DNA from: Takakia lepidozioides | Taxonomy: Eukaryota; Plantae; Bryophyta | NCBI GenBank assembly: GCA_030704615.1 | Contig: CM060734.1 | Location: 62,744,001-62,808,000, forward strand | Length of the DNA stretch: 64,000 bases | Direction: 5' to 3' | Shown: piece after piece, positions 24,301 to 36,343 of the stretch | Layout: each line of letters begins with the position of its first letter | Numbering within the stretch: the stretch's first letter is position 1 | Notes under the pieces: generated by a model | Databases searched by the model: none | What the model was told of the DNA's origin: nothing | Seen by the model: the letters and a program-made list of their open reading frames with translations, nothing else | Translations under genes and position numbers: made by a program

Positions 24301-27214
24301 TGAGCCAACAGACGGTCCACAGACAGCAGATAAACCAGAGACAGCAGAGACGTTGATATTGAAAGCTATGCAGGAAACGATGCCACATGATGGCCAAGAG
24401 GGATCTGCAGGGCTTCCTTCTGGCATAACATTGCTCCAGAAAGGAGAGGAGAATGTAGGTCAGTTTCTCTACTTGGAAGGTGTAGAATACATTATGTGGT
24501 GTACATATGATGTACATTTTTACGCATCCTTTGCACTACTCTCCCTATTCCCCAAGCTTGAGCTCAGTTTACAAAGAGATTTTGCAGCAGCCACTCTCTC
24601 ACATAGTCCAGAGAGAGTAAAGTTTTTGGCCGATGGACACTGGGGTATCAAGAAAGTGTTTGGTTCGGTGCCACATGATCTCGGTCAACATGACCCGTGG
24701 GCATCAGTCAATGCTTACAACATTCATGACACAAGCCGGTGGAAGGATCTCAATACCAAATTTGTGCTTCAGGTATGTACCTATAGTCACGACTGGTGTG
24801 GGAGATCGACTATAGTTGGTCGAAAGCATGTTTGAGGATCTGTTACAGAGATTTTATCAATCCCCTATCATTGAGTCATACAGGTGAGGTGGCGGTGTCG
24901 GATCCACACAGGGATTTACGTGGAGAGTCTACAGACTATGCCAGTAGATATTGCAAGGAACAGCTCCTAATCCATTTCTACATTTTTGCACCGTCTGAAA
25001 AGAGATCACTACTTAGAAACTGCTGCCTCAATGGCACAGCCTAAATTGATCCCAATTTCCGATATAATTGATTGAATTCCATGAATGAAGTGCTCATGTA
25101 AATCCATAGTTACTAATCCAGTGGATGATGTCTCTGAGTGTCAAGATTCCAAGGTCAGTAGCTGAAATCATTAAGCTAGGAATAGCAAAAACATCTTTGG
25201 TGAAATAGGTGTCCCCTGCTGTTTTTTAACATTGATTTAGCCTTTTAAAAGTCACTGGAAGAAAGTCTACTATATCCAGACTCCCTCTGTTGACAGTTAC
25301 TAACACACATTTTTCAAATCATTAACCTTCTCTTGAACATAAATGAATATCTTCTACAAGCTTTGCATTTGTTACGATACCAGCCTGGTTTGGTGGTTGG
25401 TGCCTTTACTCTCAAGAAATGCTCTAATTATTAATGAAATCATATCTGCACCAGGTATACAGAGATGTGGTTGCAACTGGGGATAAAGTGTTTGCCCGAG
25501 CAGTCTGGCCCGCTGTCTATGCGGCCATGGCTTATATGGACCAATTCGACAAAGACAGGGATGGTTTGATTGAAAATGATGGCTTCCCAGACCAGACATA
25601 TGATACCTGGCCTGTGCACGGTGTCAGTGCTTACTGTGGGGGGCTTTGGCTGGCTGCACTGCAAGCAGCAGCTGCTATGGCTGACTTGTTGGAAGATGCA
25701 GCAGCAGCCCAATACTTTCGATCAAAATTTAACCAAGCTAGGGACGTGTACGAGAAGAAGCTATGGAATGGTTCTTATTTTAAGTATGACAGTGGCTCAA
25801 GCAGCAACAGTAACTCCATTCAGGTGACACTGAATTAGCTCCTTAAGTTGAACTTGTTTATTACTTGCAGCAACTAATGTACTTGTACACAAGTTAGGGA
25901 GGTCATCTTCCCTTGTTTCCTGTCATAACACTTGACAGCACAGGAACTGTGAAAGAAAGTAACTTCCTGAAAAGGTATATCAACCTGCCAGCGTAGGTCA
26001 CGAGGGCTGCATAGGTCCTGTGCAGCCCAATGTCCCGCACTTCGTGGGCCATTGGGCTGCACAGGCCTGAGCTTGGGTTTTGTCAAGAACTGGCACATGG
26101 AAGCGCGATTTAACCTTGTCAGACCCACGATGACTTCATAAAGGGGCATGGGTGCTCTATATGGAAGTGTGCCTTAACCTTGGCAGATGGTCATGCAGAA
26201 AATTGATGGCTCTTCATGAAGGTCTACTGTGATTCAGAGATCTAGAAGTCCTTACAATTGGGGCATTCACTGGTGATACATTGCAGAAGGGGTGGCTTTA
26301 ACTGCACATTTCACATGATTTGTAAGTTTGGAAGAAGCTTTGTGACCTCTCCAGTCAGAGATTGACATTCGGTCCATGTCATGGGTGCAGGTAGATCAGA
26401 TGGCAGGGCAGTGGTATGCATGGGCATCAGGGCTCCCCCCACTCTATGATGATTGCAAAGCCCGCAGTGCACTGCAGAAAATCTATGACTTCAATGTGAT
26501 GAAGGTGAAAGGTGGAAGGTGGGGAGCTGTCAATGGGATGCACCCAAATGGACAAGTAGATGAGACATCAATGCAGTCACGCGAAATCTGGACAGGTGTT
26601 ACATATGCATTGGCAGCTTCCATGATCCATGAGGGCATGCACACCCAAGCATTTAGCACAGCTGAGGGCGTGTTTCTTGCAGGCTGGTCTGACCTTGGGT
26701 ACCAGATACTTTGTCCTCTCCTGGTGGCTATCAGTAGAAATTTGTTCAGATTTCCTTCATTTTTACATATTTCTGCATTTGTATCATGCAAATCCACACA
26801 ACTTTTTTGGTGAGTAAGCATGACAAATACCTCAAGAATCCGGGTATCATAGCCTGATATTTGGGTGATTGCAGTGGATGTATTGTGTTGTCGTCACTAA
26901 CTTTCCAAACTTGCTGCAGATACTGGTTCCAGACCCCTGAAGCATGGTCAACAGATGGCTACTACAGGTCGCTGACATACATGCGCCCGCTTGCTATATG
27001 GGCAATGCAGTGGGCACTGTACCCACCCAAAGGTATTTCTCAAGCTCCTAGTGTCCCCTCCATGACACACAGTTCATCCGAGAGCATTCACTCAGGGTTT
27101 TCTTTTGTGGCTGATGCTCTTCGCAGCGTTCCTGTGCCAGAGCTCAGGAAACTTCGATCATGTTTCCACAAAATGTATGATTGTCTTTGTCTTCGGAGAA
27201 CTTCTAAGGGATAA
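15321..27214 (+). CDS. GBA2: Non-lysosomal glucosylceramidase, glycoside hydrolase family 116; 20 exons, about 1088 aa
   Basis: Exons 15321-15428, 16162-16272, 16489-16545, 16840-16913, 17154-17253, 17570-17655, 17844-17947, 18799-18902, 19061-19114, 19587-19642, 19815-19853, 20703-20850, 21618-21802, 22139-22206, 23092-23164, 23355-23416, 23907-24772, 25455-25823, 26391-26698 and 26920-27214 sum to 3267 nt in frame. Motifs [33 protein letters not shown] (nucleophile), [13 protein letters not shown] (acid/base), [18 protein letters not shown]. Confidence 0.95.
18230..18400 (-). repeat. Intronic dispersed repeat with (TTTCA)n tract; inverted copy at ~21120-21240
   Basis: CCCATAAGCTCTTTGAGTTTCCCGCGGACG..(TTTCA)n versus (GAAAT)n..CGTCCGCGGAAAGCTCATAGCGCTTATGGG. 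Confidence 0.65.
20110..20290 (+). mobile_element. LINE RT C-terminal fragment in GBA2 intron 11, next to a (TC)n tract
   Basis: [34 protein letters not shown] matches the YxYLG..W..HI LINE RT end motif. Confidence 0.7.
21120..21240 (+). repeat. Second, inverted copy of the intronic repeat
   Basis: Reverse-complement similarity to 18230-18400. Confidence 0.65.
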
Positions 27215-27439
27215 GTATTGGGGCCATGTTTCAAGTGTGGCTTCACTCGTGATGATAAATAAATTGGATGTCATTTCAATGGTGTACAAGCCCTCTATTT
27301 GTCAATGGTTTCACTTGATTGTTGCACTCACCTTTGTGTTTGTGTCAGCCATTGTTGAGAGAGCTTGGCCTATGTAGTTGTGGGCTTGCCTGGGCCCTCA
27401 TATGGTTGTACGAACTTCATTAACTTCTGTGTAGCCTCT

Positions 27440-27625
27440 TGAAGACCCCATATATCTAATGTTGAGCATAACCTGAAATCATTCCATGAGACCACATCTT
27501 GTTGAGCCACATTGTGAAACACTTAGGCACATCCTTCATGTTCCCACATTTAGCATACATGTCAACCAAGGAGGTATCCAGAATGACATTTGGCACAAAT
27601 CCTGCTTTGATGGTATCAGCATGAT
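27440..27625 (-). pseudogene. PLS-class PPR gene fragment
   Basis: HADTIKAGFVPNVILDTSLVDMYAKCGNMKD..DVVSW..ISGYAQH with frameshifts. Confidence 0.8.
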
Positions 27626-27933
27626 GTGTTAACCCCTTTGAATGTCAGGTTGTTGGGTGTTTTTATGTCTCCACCCTAAAATTCTATTGGGCTTCACAAA
27701 AACTCTGGTTTTTTAATATTTCTTCTCTACAACCTCCTGAAGAGATGAATTTTGAGCTCCCTCTGTACAAGATTGAAAATCTATTTATGATTATGGCAAA
27801 AGGAAAAACACTTTGTTGAATTGGACATCCAACCTTGCTCTTCCAACGTCACTATCACAGGGGCAAGCATCATCACTCGGTTACAGATAGGTGTTGGAGG
27901 TTTTTTTAAAAAATTTGTGTATTTTATATCGAA

Positions 27934-28410
27934 TGAGAGCAGCAACCTCTCTTGTGCAAGCAATTAACCTTAGAATTTACATCGAAAAGAGAAGAAAATT
28001 GGATAATACTAAGGTGGATGTGGAGTTTTCTTGACTGGGAGGTTGTAAGGATATTTGACATCAAACATCCACAACTCCAACTATACACCCATCAAATACC
28101 TCGTGAAGCTGAAATTGGTAGCCCTCCACCACTAATTCTTGCCCTTACTTGACAATTTCAACTTAACAAATAATGTAGTGTGTGTTGAGTTAGAATCGTG
28201 GATGTTTGATATTAAATATTCCACAAGGAATATGATGCGTGTCAAGTTGGAATCATGGATGTTTGATATGAAACATTCCCACAACCTCCGAGTCATTGGA
28301 TATTCAAGAAAGCTCCGCATGACTCATTCTTGGCCTTAGTACTGTCCAATTTCCGGCTCCAATGCAAATTTTAAGGCAAATTGCTTACGCAACAGAGATT
28401 GCTGCTCTCA
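27934..28410. mobile_element. Foldback/MITE-like element
   Basis: Terminal inverted repeat TGAGAGCAGCAACCTCTCTTGTGCAAGCAATT / AATTGCTTACGCAACAGAGATTGCTGCTCTCA, plus internal inverted TCAAACATCCAC / GTGGATGTTTGA; no TSD found. Confidence 0.6.
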
Positions 28411-28770
28411 GATCATTATAAAATACTTCCAATATCTATCTTCCATCGTTCGTCCTCCTACTTTCCAACTTTTGCAATCTCATCCTCTAAAGCACTCAAC
28501 TCACTCATGAGGTCTGTTTTCCCCCTTTCTGGCTTTTGTCTTGTTTTCTATTGCCCTTTTTTCTGTCTCTTTCTTTGCTGCAATCAAATCCCTACCCACC
28601 TTCTTCCTCCAAAAGCATCTTTGAATGTAGCAACCAACGTTTTGTTCTCGAAAAATATTTCCTCTTCTGAACCAAGTCTCCAATTGTCGTGTTCACCAAA
28701 GGCTCAAAGCTTAATTGATGTTCAAAGTATTGTACTGTAGGACGATCCCAAGTGGCAAGAACATTTTGTT

Positions 28771-31700
28771 TCACCAGTAATCCCCACAAGAACAAACCCC
28801 ATCTTCAAAGTGGTGAAAGCGGTTAGCGTCCCGTACAACAATTGCTCGGCCAACAATCTTTGAGATGAATTTGGTGGAGGTGTGGCAGTCACCACACACT
28901 CGAAGATTCTTGATGAGACGGAGAGGCGTCCTAGGGGTTGTGCTGATCAGCCCAAAACCAATGGCGAGCTTCTCACTGTGGCAAAGAGAAAATTCCTTTT
29001 CCTCCTCCCCCACATCATGCAATACAAGGCGCGTGTCAAGCACATACCCCGCCTCCTTCATCTGCCCAGACAATCTTCTCAGCTCAGCATGGATTTCCTT
29101 AATTCTGGGATGCAACTTGTCATCTACAACAAAGGTGTGCACCCTGTTGTCAACCTCCATGCAGCAGCGACCTGGCTCCTTTCTAACCCCTCTGACCTTC
29201 ATCATTCTTCTCACCTTTGCAGTATCATCCCACCTGCCAGCTGCAGCATAGATGTTTGATAGCACACATAAGTCGCGGCATCCTGTTCATCCCACTTGAG
29301 GATAGATGTTGCCGCACGTTCAGCCATCTCCACATTGCCATGGATTCTGCAGGCACCAAGCAAGGCCGTCCACACCACAGCATCTGGATTGATTGGCATT
29401 TTATTAATCAGGTCCACTGCCTCATCCAGTTGTCCCGCACGTCCAAGAAGGTCCACGATGCAGCCAAAGTGCTTTACTGTCGGAGTGACACCATCCTCCA
29501 CCCCACGTCCCTGCTGTGCATACCCTGCAATCATTGCGCTCCACGACACCACATCTCGGTTCAGCCATATTCTTGAAAACTGCCTTTGCATCCTTAATGC
29601 ACCCACATTTGGCATACATGTTCACCAGGGCAGTGTTCAGAATGACATCTGGTACAATTCCAGCTTTGACGATGTCACCATGGACCTCTTTCCCCTTTTC
29701 CAGGGCTCCCAGGCTTGCACACGCATTACAAACACAAACAAACGTAATGTGGTTGGGCTTCACCCCTTCGCGCATCATTTGCTCATAGGTCTCCAAAGCA
29801 TTCCTACCACACCCATGCTTGGTAAATCCTGCCATCATTATATTCCACGTGATCAAAGATCGTTGAGGCATTCTGTTGAACACTTGGTGAGCATCCATGA
29901 TGCTCCCGCACTTAACATACATGTTGACAAGGGTGTTGAGAAGAAAAACATTTGGCGTGAATCCACTTTGGATGATGTGAGTGTGCACCTGCTTTCCAGC
30001 TTCCAGGCCTTTCATCTTGATGCACTTATGCAAGAGACAGGCATACGTATCTGAATCTGCTGAAATGCCTCCTTGGTTTAAAGTCTGTAGAGCCTCTTTC
30101 AGTCTGCCTGCCTCACAAAGCATCTTCACATACCCAGAAGTGGCATTGTGGACTCCCTCACTTGATCCTCTTCCAGAAGCTGTGGTCATGGTTGAGGTGC
30201 CTGACTTCATCAACTGTGCCGCTGTAGCTGCTGCCTTTAGTTGACCATCCACCCATGCAGGTTTCTTGTAGCTATTGATCCACAGGGAATCATAGGTAAT
30301 CTTGTGCTTGAAATCTGACCTCTTGGATGAATCTGGACCCACACTCTATCCCTGCTCCTTCAGCTAGGCAAATACATCCTTGTATTCAGTAAATAATGCA
30401 GTGGCTTCTTGTAGAAATGATTCTTCAAGACCTGCACTCTATCCCTGCTCCTTCAGCTATCCATGCCTCTGCACAAATCATGCATACATCCTTGCGGAGC
30501 CTATGAGAAAAGAGAGAGGCTGCTGTTGTATCCTCTTCACGGGTGGATGGCAGTCGCATTTCCGGTCCGACATCCTTTCACACTTTCGTTCCCTCAATTC
30601 CAATTTTCGTACAGACTCTTCGTCGAGCTTGTGACACCTTTGCATCCCTTAATACATGGTGGGACTGAAATGTGGTGCAGCATTTCCGTCCAAGCTCCCA
30701 CTCCAACAGGAAGGCCTTTTTAACTGTCTCGACGGAAATGCGGTGTCACATTTCCGTCCTGAGTGACACCTAGGATCTTTCGTACATGGTGCGTCCAAGC
30801 TCCCATTCCAACCGGCCTTTCTAACAATCTCTCTAGAAATGCGGTGCTGCGTCCTGACTGACACGCAAGCATCCTTGCTACACAGTGGGACGGAAATGCG
30901 GTGCTGCATTTCCGTCCCACCTCCCCTTATCACACTAGTTCCGATGCTGACTTGCATCTGCTTCCAACAGGCATTCACCTTTTTGCCTCGATTGTTCCAC
31001 CATTGACTGGGGTCGGAAACGTATTTATTCCATAGCTTCTCCTCGTCTCTGTTATCTGTTTTTCGATACTTTCCTGTTGCCACATTGGCAATAACATGTC
31101 AAAATCACTCCAAAACCACCCTAGATCCACCAACGAGCTAACTTGCAGAATCCAACATGAAAATTTAGGGACGACTATGATAACAGGGAAAAACAGGCTG
31201 ATATGTGTGCCTTCATTAGCAGTGCCTTGTTCTATCAATTGTGCTGCTGCCGCTGCTGTTTCCAGTTGACCATCTACCCACGCAGATTTCTTGTAGCTAT
31301 TGATCCACTGGGAATCAGAAGTAATCTTGTGTTGGAAATCAGGCCCTCTGCGACATCGACAGTAACTTGTCAAATTCACTCCAAACCACCAGAGATCCAC
31401 CCGACGAGCCAACTTCCAGAATTCAATATGCATCCAGGGCCGAGTCTGATGAAAGGGCAAAACAGGTTGAAGAAGAAGGTGCCCTCACCACATTGTCCTT
31501 GACCTTGTGTCATGACCCATGGAGGATTTAACCGACCATCAACCCAAAAGGACCTCTTGTGTGTGCTGCTTGTGTCTGTAGTCAGGTAATCTCGGCTTGG
31601 TCTGTAAGAACCACCACGCTGCAGCTGAGCAGGCAGAGATTGAAACACGGCCTGCTAAGACCAAGCTGACTCTCCCAAGAACCTTGTAAACATCAGGAAG

Positions 31701-31900
31701 AATACCAAATCATGGTACTAAGAGCCCACATTTGCAGGATGGACAAACTTCTTCACATCGTACATTAAGAAAAAGCCACACCTTGCGATTGCGGTTGTCC
31801 CACCATCGTGAAGGATCTTTAAAAAACTCATGCCAGCTCTGCTCCGTGCTCCAAGGTAGAGGTTTGTGCTCGAAAATCCGACAGCATCAACATTTTGACA
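28771..31900 (-). pseudogene. OSB-type PDF motifs fused to a PLS-PPR-E-DYW protein; disrupted by frameshifts and an internal deletion
   Basis: PDF halves: WHEFFKDPSRWWDNRNRK (to 31782), TKPRLPDYRHK..SFWVDGRLNPPWV (from 31601), GPDFQHKITSDSQWINSYKKSAWVDGQL (from 31347), LWNKYVSDPSQWWNNRGKK (31073-30979), DFKHKITYDSLWINSYKKPAWVDGQL (from ~30333), the last in the same ORF as the PPRs. DYW domain: PG box, HSEKLA, CGDCH, CSCGDYW*. 5' end not defined. Confidence 0.85.
30630..30940 (+). mobile_element. Helitron-like 3' end with reiterated hairpins, in an intron of the PDF-PPR gene
   Basis: Perfect hairpin GGGACGGAAATGC-GGTGCT-GCATTTCCGTCCC (~30887-30918) followed by CACTAGT; degenerate copies at ~30661, ~30732 and ~30837. 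Confidence 0.6.
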
Positions 31901-32219
31901 AGGTCCTTTACTGAGGGGTGCTAGTGAGCTTTCAACAACATTCGTGCAAGTTGTTTTGGGCTCCATTGGGCTCTACACGATGAGGACAACGAACATGTCC
32001 AGACTTACACAGATGCTAGAAGTATCTGAGACCTATAGTACCCGCTTCACAGCTAGATGCCAAGGCCCTGCAATGTGCCCACGATTTGGTGCACTTTTGG
32101 TTGTCATAGAAAACATAGATAGCTCACGTGCTCATCTATTCATCCGGGTGGTTAAAAACTGAACTTTCCATTAACTATGCAGTCTTGTGAACAAGCAAAT
32201 CACAGCCTTGAGACATTCT

Positions 32220-32432
32220 TGGTTCTCCGGGATGATAGAATCTTGAGACCCAATTACCTTTCCGCATCTTTATCTCCTTCCCTCCTGAGAGCATTGGGGC
32301 GGTTCAGGGTGGGCTCCCACAACCTACGGATAGAGACTGGCAGATGGGAAAACCTGCAACGGGAGGACCGCCTTTGTCCAGCTTGCACAGGGCGCAACCG
32401 GGAAATTCAAACTGAAGAATACTTCTTCTTCT
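32220..32432 (+). mobile_element. LINE ORF2 C-terminal (zinc finger) fragment
   Basis: YLS..RALGRFRVGSHNLRIETGRW..REDRLCPAC..QTEEYFFF. Confidence 0.8.
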
Positions 32433-32462
32433 ACAGAATACTGGGTAGGGGACACGAGGCAG

Positions 32463-33800
32463 GTCAAGACATATTCAGATTGGGTGATAAATGGCGACTA
32501 TGACTGGCCACCCAAATGCAGCGTATGCCAGGACAGTCTTGCAGATGGAGAGACAGCCACAACTCGTCTCGGGTGCCTATGTAAGTCAACAAGTGAAGTT
32601 TATCTCATGTTTCTTTTTTTCAGCAGCACACACATACATTGCCATAGGTTTTGAGTTGTTGTAGGCCACAAACAGATCTACGCATGAAACTCTTGAGTGT
32701 TTCCAGTCTGTGACCTGCTACTTGGATAACAGTAATGTCCCCATAACAGTAATGTCCATGCATTTTTTCTTTAGGTGGATTACCACATACTAGCCCTTGG
32801 ACGGCTGCTGATGCTGTTCAAGTGCTGAGCGGCCGCCTCCTCAGAGTTTTGGGAAGCCCTTGAGAGCAGTCACAGAAAGGATTCGGGGGACAGTGGACTG
32901 GCCATGATGATTCTTTTGTCAGCATGATGGCCATGGAAACCTATCTTGTTCATGCTCGAAACACAAGTTAAGTGGAGAAACGTCAGTATCACAGTCATGT
33001 GCTTCAGTTGTAGAACCTATACTTGTGGACCTTGGCTTTTTGCAAGAAAATATGGCTCCCAGCTGGTTTAAAAGTGATTGGTCATTAAATCCAACATCAA
33101 CAATCACGGGTTGTGTGGGTAGTTGCAGCCATTGCACATACAAGCTTTCTCCACATACTGCCCCTGCTGGCTAGACTACATACTGAAGTCAGGTGTTGTG
33201 TACTATCTACAGTAGTGTAGGACATCTTAAGATAGTGGATGCCAAAGGGGAGGGTCTTAGATGAGAAGTAGGCAGCTCTTCCTCTTGGTCTCAAAGGATA
33301 AATTTCCCCCGTAGTGAAGATTATGTCTTGTAAACAGTTCCCGGCTTGCACCAATTGGTTTCCCCTTGGAACATCAATGGTAAGGACGAGTTTTTAAAGA
33401 ACTGAGGTAAAAGGCAGGACTTCATTTCTATGTCATTGTTGGGTTATTATTATGCCCACAGAATAAAGTTGTCTCAATTTTTACAGCTCCAGATAGGGAG
33501 TCTTGGTAGGCATGACGCTTTCAACCAGCAAGCATGGCAGTTGTTGGTAATTGCACTGTTAGAATGACAGGCTGCTGAAATTATGTTCGTGTACAGAAAA
33601 CAAGATAAGCAATTTCCTGATTAGTCCACTTGCGGTGCTTGTTCCACTTGGTTACCTAGATCAACTGGAGGGTTGGAAGGTTTGTGCACGGAGATTTGAC
33701 ATGTTCATCATACATTAATTTGACAGATATGGCCTCTAAACAAGTTATTCAAGGATATTGCGGGATCGGCATTGCACAGCTAGAAGATGTGATTTCCCAG
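32463..33800 (+). pseudogene. ZFPL1: Zinc finger protein-like 1 (ZFPL1) fragments: two AG..GT-bounded exons
   Basis: 32463-32580 VKTYSDWVINGDYDWPPKCSVCQDSLADGETATTRLGCL; 33727-33800 IWPLNKLFKDIAGSALHS/LEDVISQ (frameshift). First and intervening exons not found. Confidence 0.7.
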
Positions 33801-34074
33801 GTTGGTATGTGGTACGACCTTTTGATCATCTCATTGCTAATGTGCCTATTAACACTTGAACCACACTTTACATCTGCTGACTTTAAACCCTAGAGATCTA
33901 GGGGGTAAGAGAGGGTCATCAGATTGTTGCTTGCCATACACTTGGGACTATATACCCTAAGCCCGGGCAGAGCAGGGAGACAGACAATTTAAGGTGATGG
34001 ATATTTTAATTGTAATGCTTGTTTTATGCATGAAGAGTGTTGTAGCAAACACTCTCCTGGGAAACGACATTGTT

Positions 34075-34440
34075 GGCCAGTGGTTTCATGGAACACAATG
34101 ATCACAGGATATGCTCAGCTTGGTTATGGTAGGGACGCTTCAGAAACCTACAACGAAATGATCACGAAGGCCGGAAATTGTGCCAAATGTCATTCTGGAC
34201 ACTGCCCTGGTCCACATGTATGCCAAATGCGGGAACATAAAGGATGCGCGACGAGCGTTCGACAATATGGCTTGGCCAAATGTGGTCTCATGGAATGCAA
34301 TGATCGCAGGATATGCCCAACATGGGTGTGGTAGGGAGGCTTTGAACACTCATGAGGGGGTGATACATGAAGGGACATAACCCAACAAGGTCACCTTTGT
34401 TTGCATTCTTAAAGCAGGGTCATTGCTCAACCTCAAGATT
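34075..34440 (+). pseudogene. PLS-class PPR gene fragment
   Basis: VVSWNTMITGYAQLG..PNVILDTALVHMYAKCGNIKDARRAFDNM..VVSWNAMIAGYAQHG..*PNKVTFVCIL. Confidence 0.85.
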
Positions 34441-36271
34441 TGGAAGTTGGTGAACAGAGGTGCAGGGACTATGGTCTTGATGGTCCTCAAGAGGGTCACT
34501 CTCTGATGAAAATACCCGGGACTTTGTATCAGAAAATGGAAACTGTCTTCAGGCCTCCCGCACATCGGGCATTGTCAGAGTGGGTTCTATTTAGATATAT
34601 TGGCAGGTTAGTAGAATGGCTTTGTTGCAGTGGAATTCTGGTAGCCACGGTGAAAAACAGGTTGACTCCTGCGGAAGCAAGCGGAAATTATGGTGTCACT
34701 TCACCCTGAAATGGGCTACTGCCTTCCGTTGGGAAGGTGGATACCTCCTAATGGCATAACCAGGGCAGGTTTGGGCAGGTTTCTACACAATTGGCCTCTC
34801 AGAACTTACGAGTATCTTTGATTGAAGTCATAGCAGTCTAGAAAAATAACCATGTGCACGGCTCTTCAGCTGTCAGATCTTCAAATTTGGATTTCGTCAG
34901 CCTCTTAAGTTTGAAGGTCAAAATCTTTGTCAAAAACCATTGTCTGCCGCGTTTGGCAGGCATATGAAATGCTTCTATCCTGTACTGCATATACAGGTCA
35001 TGGTTAAAAAGGCCTCGTATGAATTTTCCTTGACAGTTGGTTTTCAAATCAGTTTCTTCAATCAACCATTGTATGACTTCCCCTTATTTCGCTTTCTCAA
35101 TACTATCGAGTACTGATTTATGGTGCTTGAAAGGCAATGGCACTGTGGCGGACTTGCATTGTGTATAAGCAGGACACTAAAGGAAGTTGAAGCCGCTGTG
35201 AAGATCGGAGAGGTGGATGCCATCCCGTTGACTGAACTCTCTGCTGCGGGGGGCAAAGTTGACTATGTAAAGGTGGCTTCTCCTTTGTTGCTTCATGGGC
35301 TGAGCTCAACATGGCTCCTGCTTTCCCTGCTGTCATCCTCATCAAACCTTCCCAACAATTGCAGGTTTTGGCTTTAGTTGCAGCCCTCCAAGAACTGATG
35401 TGATTAAAATCATTTCAGTAGGATAGGTTTATCCTATAGCAGCAGGTGTATGTTGCACGTGTACATCCCTTCTGGCCTGCTAATGACTAGACAACTTATT
35501 GGCAAAGGGCTTGCACAGATTTGGAGTGGGTGGGTGGCGACAGTTTAAATTTCACAAAAAAGGTTCAACAATCCAAAATCCAAAACCTATAGTCTGTTTC
35601 GACTTCAAACAAACGGCACAAAATCATAGACAGTGACCTTTACAATACCATGAAATTATCAACGAGAAAGGAGAGGAGATCAATGGATTGTCTGTTAATA
35701 TGAGAGACTTTTGTGGCCATCAAGTGCAACACAAGATATTGACAAAATGCTAAGGGAAGAAACACGGCATCTCTTTCCAAATCATAGGAGTCAAAATGTT
35801 GGCCAAAACTCCTTTACACGTAAAGAATACGGATTATATTAAAACGGTACTTTGGTAAATCTTTGAACAAACTGTGTAAAACACTGAAAACAAATACCAA
35901 TATAAAGACAATTATTTTCTGTTAATTAGATGATCGGTTTTTGTCATGACAATTATCTTTTATCCAGACAATCATTTTTTATCAAGACAATAAAACTAAA
36001 TGTTGAGAAAATAAATGATGAATAGGGGTTCAACTCCCCCTCATGTCTTCGGGGTAGCTGCATCAAAGACATGATAGCTTCGGCAACACTCCGCCATTCT
36101 TCTTCCCAAAAACAATGAATTACAGTATGTATGTTTGTAAGACCCTGGGATGACCCACCTTTTTTTTGTACCACTTGAACGTAATTCACAGAATTCATTG
36201 TTAGTACTATGGATCAATGTAAAGCCCTAGCTTTTCTTTTGTTTTTTGCACCTCTCCAACTTCAGCACATC

Positions 36272-36343
36272 GGCTGGTAGCTCAGCCGGTAAGTGCACAA
36301 TGTGTCACCTTGGTGGTTCGGGCTTCAAACCCGTTGTCTTGCC
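36272..36343 (+). other. tRNA-derived sequence (SINE head or tRNA pseudogene)
   Basis: A-box-like TAGCTCAGCCGG and B-box-like GGCTTCAAACCC about 40 bp apart; poor cloverleaf. Confidence 0.35.

Noticed and set aside
23907-24420. Novel domain inserted in GBA2
   Set aside because: Low-complexity S/P/E-rich linker at a position that is variable in plant GH116 proteins.
28771-29265. U-to-C (KP-type) DYW variant
   Set aside because: Has a PG box, HSEKLA and a terminal DYW, i.e. the canonical C-to-U type.
28865-30054. Plus-strand ORFs over the PPR gene
   Set aside because: Antisense shadows of the PPR-DYW coding sequence.
34838-35377. Possible exon fragments
   Set aside because: No recognisable family or consistent splice structure.
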